A DNA stretch of 64,000 nt from a virus: IMG/VR virus record IMGVR_UViG_3300020057_000029, positions 1 to 64,000 of that record. One strand, given 5' to 3'. Below are positions 60,401 through 64,000 of this stretch, piece by piece. Positions within the stretch are counted from its first letter, which is position 1. Every line of letters starts with the position of its first letter. The notes beneath the pieces are model-generated. The model did no database searches. It was not told the DNA's origin and saw only the letters and a program-made list of their open reading frames with translations. The position numbers and the translations under genes were made by a program.

Positions 60401-60596
60401 GAGGGTTTCCGAATACAGCACCCAGGGGAATTTCTGGACCATTAAACCATCCATCACCAACCGCTATTATATCGCTGGTGGCAACATTGGCGGAAATTTC
60501 TACCTATCTGGCGGAAACACCGGTCTCACAACAAATGAAGCCTACGTGGATTCACTAAAACAAGCGGTCCTGTCCGCAGGGCTGAACATCTCTTAA
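57408..60596 (+). CDS. Kelch-repeat receptor-binding-like protein (3 propeller regions)
   Basis: Kelch repeats; scaffold shared with paralogs. Confidence 0.8.
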   Translation: MFFKQGALVERSLVTATSAGTLTLINTSETYQIFTGSTTHTLKLPDSTTMPNGRRFEVVNASTGDITVQDSTAAVIGTLTTGISKIFRLADNSTAAGTFDITAASSGGAAALSTQESSQFNALTAKGFSPTSVVLKYNPEEIGGNFWTTKAPVSVAKAWPSNFTLNGFVYNAFGITNAPTNATTNERYDTDLNYFLSRASGITACNTRAPFVLSGIAYVVNGDPSINAVERYDDVLNSWSARTAIGTAFYGAASWSLGSLGYIAGGQGSGTTTSAYEAVANVWSARAAVPVSTTRVCQGGSEHNGFGHIVSGTSVTTVRRYDPALNSYSSLASSTVGHAHGGVASVSGVLLASGGENTSSVHITTVEKFYDGAGAWVTVAPISQARNGCGAVSGGLFMSISGGVGTGVAYTPVEAYTSNSLFTTAISLRSTTTPTAISASVIMNGLTQSVPVQIRTDGDNWKTIMSNGGSALKTGETLTAKFQHSPSAGLVGGANGLSSNESFNDIQNLWTLRTSLSAVKTGGAGFTIDGTSYIAAGENGAADAFTNEQYKDLENTITARTAIPNTTALGASFGLNGFGYAVCGRIRSTLAVQTLNQQFNPAANSWTNRAAATTSSRVFLPGTDLQGFGFIFSGYTNATGGGGSVITSSERYSDTTNAWNTISSVGRENHTAFALNGFAYFTQGDSAPTGENNTYKYDPTASSFSLMSGGLNTARPSSPGSFRLNGYAYITGGSGNTSERFNVEANTYTNMANMNSSRQQMASPNNGPGAYRNYEMRVGIPAYYAGVGNWVTVTRIAVPVSAYGFGFVLSDRSYQPVGNNNLWYEQNTTLNSWAAIANSTYSAQFKATFSLLGFGYAAGGNTGLTSTSQYNPSSAVWASTGTLNNSVGYAAGATLNGSGYLLGGHNGGLTTFIQKYNPSLGTWASAGSLNSAKYSLDGDSCAGFIYLGGNSSLAFERYNDVTQTTTLMATVLVADDTDGMAGCKGDKFYYLGGSAGSPRVSEYSTQGNFWTIKPSITNRYYIAGGNIGGNFYLSGGNTGLTTNEAYVDSLKQAVLSAGLNIS

Positions 60597-60604
60597 GGAG
60601 CAAA

Positions 60605-60904
60605 ATGCTACGATGTGCAAAAAATAGTAATGGCGTGATTATCGCTATGGGCAATGACGAGAACCAATCTGGTAACTATCCCTCTGAGGGAGCCGTGATG
60701 GGTACCTGGTGCTCCTGGACTGTGGCAGAGGGAGATCTTCCATCATTCTCTCCAGTAGACGGTGCCGACGAACGCGCCTTTCGATTTGAAGAAAATCTAG
60801 ATGGCGATGGCATCGAATTACGCACAGACGAAGAAATTATCGCAACGCCAGACGGCATTGAATTGCCGCCAGACGAAGAAATTCCCGTAACGCCAGACGA
60901 ATAG
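60605..60904 (+). CDS. Acidic small protein (possible fibre chaperone) with 15-aa duplication
   Basis: AAGGAG SD; DGIEL..DEEI..TP x2. Confidence 0.65.
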   Translation: MLRCAKNSNGVIIAMGNDENQSGNYPSEGAVMGTWCSWTVAEGDLPSFSPVDGADERAFRFEENLDGDGIELRTDEEIIATPDGIELPPDEEIPVTPDE

Positions 60905-61014
60905 ATACGATATATAATATGTAGGCATTTCGCTTACAGCTCTTATGAGGTTTGAGAACACTATCCTGTTTAGTGTTGCTCTGCTCATAAGGGGAAACAT
61001 GAACAGGAGTAAAT

Positions 61015-61884
61015 ATGTCAATTAGAGTAGAAGTTGTTGAAAATACCGTGCAAAAGTCCTACCAAGAGATCATTGAAGCAGATCAAGATCAAAACAAATC
61101 TAGAGCCCAAGATCTAGCGATCCTACCAACTGAAGCCAGAAAGAATATCGTAGAAGCTACAAAATATTCTAGCTACTTCCCAAACCCAATCACCTCGGAA
61201 TTTATGGAGAAATATATTTTAGCTCCAATCGAATTTCCTACTGTCGGATCGGGTTTGGCCCAAAGCTTGACTGAATTGAACGTAAGAATCGACAACCTAT
61301 TCAATGACGCTTACACGTCAGAGAAAACCAAGCTAGAAGCAGAAGACTTAGAGCTTCAGATTGAAGAGATCATGGTGAGCGAGATAACTTCTTCTGCTCG
61401 TGTATTGGTAGAAGAAGGTTGCGTTACAATGTCTGACACTAAAAACCTTTCCGGTCACGACCGTCGCGGAATTAACAAGATCAAACTTTTGCGTCTAGAA
61501 CATACTAACAAAAAACATTCTCTCAAGAAGATCGAGTTGGCAGCAATGGCTCGTTACAACGAAGCTATGGGCTGGAAGACTCTGGTTGAGAAGAAGATGG
61601 CTGAGATGAAGGTCAAAGATCTCTCAGAGGTTGACTTCAACAGTATTCGTATGGATGAAATGCACGCCAAGATCAAAAAATGGGGCGAACTGCACGCTCA
61701 AGGCGCTTTGGAGCTCACTCCTTCTAAGTTTAATGCTATCGATTCCAACCAAGGCGCTTTCGTAGAAGGTATTCAGGAAGGCGAAGGCAGGAAGCAAATG
61801 GCTCAACTTGCCAATCAAGAGGCTCAAAAACAGCTTCAATCTGCGCAGGGCGTAGCCTCTCCACAGTCTCGCAGACCGCAATAG
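61015..61884 (+). CDS. Hypothetical coiled-coil protein
   Basis: AGGAG SD. Confidence 0.75.
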   Translation: MSIRVEVVENTVQKSYQEIIEADQDQNKSRAQDLAILPTEARKNIVEATKYSSYFPNPITSEFMEKYILAPIEFPTVGSGLAQSLTELNVRIDNLFNDAYTSEKTKLEAEDLELQIEEIMVSEITSSARVLVEEGCVTMSDTKNLSGHDRRGINKIKLLRLEHTNKKHSLKKIELAAMARYNEAMGWKTLVEKKMAEMKVKDLSEVDFNSIRMDEMHAKIKKWGELHAQGALELTPSKFNAIDSNQGAFVEGIQEGEGRKQMAQLANQEAQKQLQSAQGVASPQSRRPQ

Positions 61885-61905
61885 AATATCACAGTCGTGA
61901 TGCGC

Positions 61906-61940
61906 AATAAGGCTGGCAGAAATGCTGGCCTTATTTTTTT
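61906..61940 (+). terminator. Intrinsic terminator
   Basis: AATAAGGCTGGCA-GAAA-TGCTGGCCTTATT + T run. Confidence 0.85.
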
Positions 61941-61950
61941 ATAATGAATC

Positions 61951-62027
61951 TTGAACAGATAGCTGAACAGATCTTTACAAATAAAAACGGGCATTTAAGC
62001 CCATTTTGAACAGATAGCTGAACAGAT
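61951..62027. repeat. Two 22-bp direct repeats TTGAACAGATAGCTGAACAGAT separated by 33 bp
   Basis: Direct reading. Confidence 0.8.
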
Positions 62028-62037
62028 TTATAATGAA

Positions 62038-62253
62038 TTAGCTAAGATCTCGTTCTTTGAGCTCTAGCCTGAGATCTTCAATAGTCTGTTTAAGATGTTC
62101 TATCTCGATCTTTAGAGCCCTAGTATCCTTGGTATAGCTGCTTTTCCACTCTAAGGCAAGCTCTTCAAAGTCTTTTACGTTCTTCTCAGACTCTTCTAAT
62201 TTGATCTTGAGCTCTTCGTTTTCATTGTGAAGACTGTTTGTCATCGAATCCAT
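62038..62253 (-). CDS. Coiled-coil hypothetical protein
   Basis: TAATG coupling. Confidence 0.65.
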   Translation of the reverse strand: MDSMTNSLHNENEELKIKLEESEKNVKDFEELALEWKSSYTKDTRALKIEIEHLKQTIEDLRLELKERDLS

Positions 62254-63266
62254 TATCCATCAGCTTTTAAGATATCGCTAATCATAAGCTTAGTAGCTTG
62301 ATTAGAATTTGCCATGTTAATTCTGGCTGACATCCTAGGATCGCCGCAGAATTTGCCACTCATAACCTTCACAGAAGCTTTATCTAGGATCTTCAGGATC
62401 TTATTGTCTACTTCGAACAGGGCAAACATACCCGTCTCAGGTATCTTTTGGCCTCCGAACAGCTTGTCTAGACGCTGCATTTCAGTGCGATTACTGTCCA
62501 AAAGGGCCTTGGAAAGACTGTAAAAGGGGTCTAAATCAATGTTCTCCAGTAGTTTGGCAGCTACCATCTGTGAAGGCATGGAAACGCCGCACAGGTCATT
62601 TGTGACGTAATCATAAGCCTTGTTGTAGATACCATCATCATCGGTAGCAAGCCAGCCTACGCGTAACCCATTGAGCCCAGTAAGCTTATTTAGGCTGCCA
62701 GCCATAGCGTCGTGTGGCGGAATTATCTTTGGATTCTTAAGCGTTAGGTTCTTAGCAAGAATACCACAGTAGGTTGGTGAAAAATAAGCAGCATCCCAAA
62801 CCCTGTTTGCCCCACCGCATTCGTTGGTTAAAGGGCAGAGCACCCCTAGGGGATTCGAGGGAGAGTCGATGATCTGAATCTCACGATCACCCGTATTGGT
62901 TATTTCAGTTGGCACATGAATCAAACCAGCGTTCTCTATGATACCAGGATAGAAGCCAAAATAGAGCTTGTTGGTCAAAACGTGTGTTTTCTTGTCGTTA
63001 GACCTGTTTTTCGCGGCATATAGATAGGCGTTTAAAGCATTAGTAGCGCCATTGGTCACCAAAACATGCTTGTAGTCGTAGCCAGTAAGATTTCTAATCA
63101 GCAAGCGAAGCCGTAGGATTAGGCGATCTTCGCCCTCATGTTTAGGGTAGCCACAGTCTTTCCAAAGGCCGATCAAGGATTGATTCAATATAGCGCCAGC
63201 ATGAGCTACAAATAAATCGCGAATACCCCTTGTGTCACCAAACCCAAAGTCGTGTTTAGGAGTCAT
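62253..63266 (-). CDS. PLP-dependent aminotransferase class I/II-like
   Basis: TNGAT, SPSNP, DAAY, SLNK..G..GLRVGW, R.N. Confidence 0.88.
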   Translation of the reverse strand: MTPKHDFGFGDTRGIRDLFVAHAGAILNQSLIGLWKDCGYPKHEGEDRLILRLRLLIRNLTGYDYKHVLVTNGATNALNAYLYAAKNRSNDKKTHVLTNKLYFGFYPGIIENAGLIHVPTEITNTGDREIQIIDSPSNPLGVLCPLTNECGGANRVWDAAYFSPTYCGILAKNLTLKNPKIIPPHDAMAGSLNKLTGLNGLRVGWLATDDDGIYNKAYDYVTNDLCGVSMPSQMVAAKLLENIDLDPFYSLSKALLDSNRTEMQRLDKLFGGQKIPETGMFALFEVDNKILKILDKASVKVMSGKFCGDPRMSARINMANSNQATKLMISDILKADG

Positions 63267-63718
63267 CTTTTCCCCCCTCGCTTCTTAGCCCGTTGCATAT
63301 CAGCCATCATAGCAGCAATAAGACCACCAGGCACAGCCTCTTGTTTATGTATCAAATCCTTGAGCTCATTGCGTAGGCTTTCGTCTGGAATCTTATCGGA
63401 AAATCCATACAGGGCAACAAAAATGTGGACAAAGGTGTTACAAAGCGCCTCGCCTTGGGCCGTCAAATTGGCCTTAACAGCGCGTGTAGCCTTGTTCTTT
63501 ACGCGAGCAGCTACTTTATAGATGCTTTCGGACTCATCTTGACCTTTTTCCCACGCGACAGCTTCGTCTTCAGTTTTTGGGATAGGCTTTTTAACTTCTT
63601 CTTCATGTTTTTCCCCAAAGTGCTTAGCGACTTCATTAGCCGACATTGTTTCGCCTTGACTGTTTTCTTCTTGGTTAAGTTTTGCTTCTTCATATGCTTT
63701 GCTCCAATTGTTGTTCAT
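63263..63718 (-). CDS. Hypothetical protein
   Basis: ATGA overlap. Confidence 0.65.
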   Translation of the reverse strand: MNNNWSKAYEEAKLNQEENSQGETMSANEVAKHFGEKHEEEVKKPIPKTEDEAVAWEKGQDESESIYKVAARVKNKATRAVKANLTAQGEALCNTFVHIFVALYGFSDKIPDESLRNELKDLIHKQEAVPGGLIAAMMADMQRAKKRGGKR

Positions 63719-63753
63719 TTGTTGTTCTTTCAGGAATATTTAAACCGTTGCTT

Positions 63754-63960
63754 CTATTTATCATATACTTTCCAAGAAAGAATGTCTTGTCTTTTTATTT
63801 CTATTGTTTCGATAATTCCTAAAGGGAAGGACGAAACAGTACCCACGTTCCACCAAGCTACTCTTGCCTTAACCCTTTTAATATCAAAGTATTGTACTTT
63901 TAGAACTTCAATAAACACGTCAGTACAGTTTGCGTGCTTGTACTTATTATTTGCTTTCAC
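63754..63960 (-). CDS. Hypothetical protein
   Basis: GTG start after AGGA. Confidence 0.55.
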   Translation of the reverse strand: MKANNKYKHANCTDVFIEVLKVQYFDIKRVKARVAWWNVGTVSSFPLGIIETIEIKRQDILSWKVYDK

Positions 63961-64000
63961 GTTGTTTTCCTATCATCTCTATAGCGTCCATGGCTGCGAG

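Noticed and set aside
51720-60596. Diversity-generating retroelement or invertase shufflon
   Set aside because: No reverse transcriptase, no TR/VR pair with adenine-specific differences, no inverted cassettes or recombinase seen
61951-62027. CRISPR mini-array (22-nt repeat, 33-nt spacer)
   Set aside because: Only two copies, no palindrome or typical repeat end; reads like a duplicated coding remnant (EQIAEQI)

Overview
This window is a 64-kb segment of a large, myovirus-like dsDNA phage. It contains no capsid, portal, terminase, polymerase, tRNA, rRNA or CRISPR genes. (1) 1-8.8 kb: a minus-strand array of small, probably early or host-takeover genes, including three pentapeptide-repeat paralogs and acidic Ocr-like candidates. 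Seven copies of a ~130-bp repeat cut the array into modules. Each repeat reads as a sigma54 (RpoN) promoter cassette: TTGGCA-N8-TGCA -24/-12 box, IHF-like site, TGT-N11-WCA enhancer-like site and usually an SD. (2) 7.8-9.2 kb: repeat-rich, largely non-coding DNA including the strand switch. (3) 9.2-22.2 kb: nucleotide-metabolism and accessory genes (class II RNR, ThyX, dUTPase, peptide deformylase, two RNA ligases, histidine phosphatase, Rrf2, HNH) with sigma70-type promoters. (4) 22.4-61.9 kb: tail, baseplate and fibre genes, often preceded by an AATCTT motif (candidate late promoter). The block ends in three paralogous proteins with Kelch propellers inserted between conserved scaffold segments. 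(5) 62-64 kb: minus-strand genes including a PLP aminotransferase. All product calls come from motif recognition by eye; no searches were run. Several single-base frameshifts could be real decay or consensus errors.
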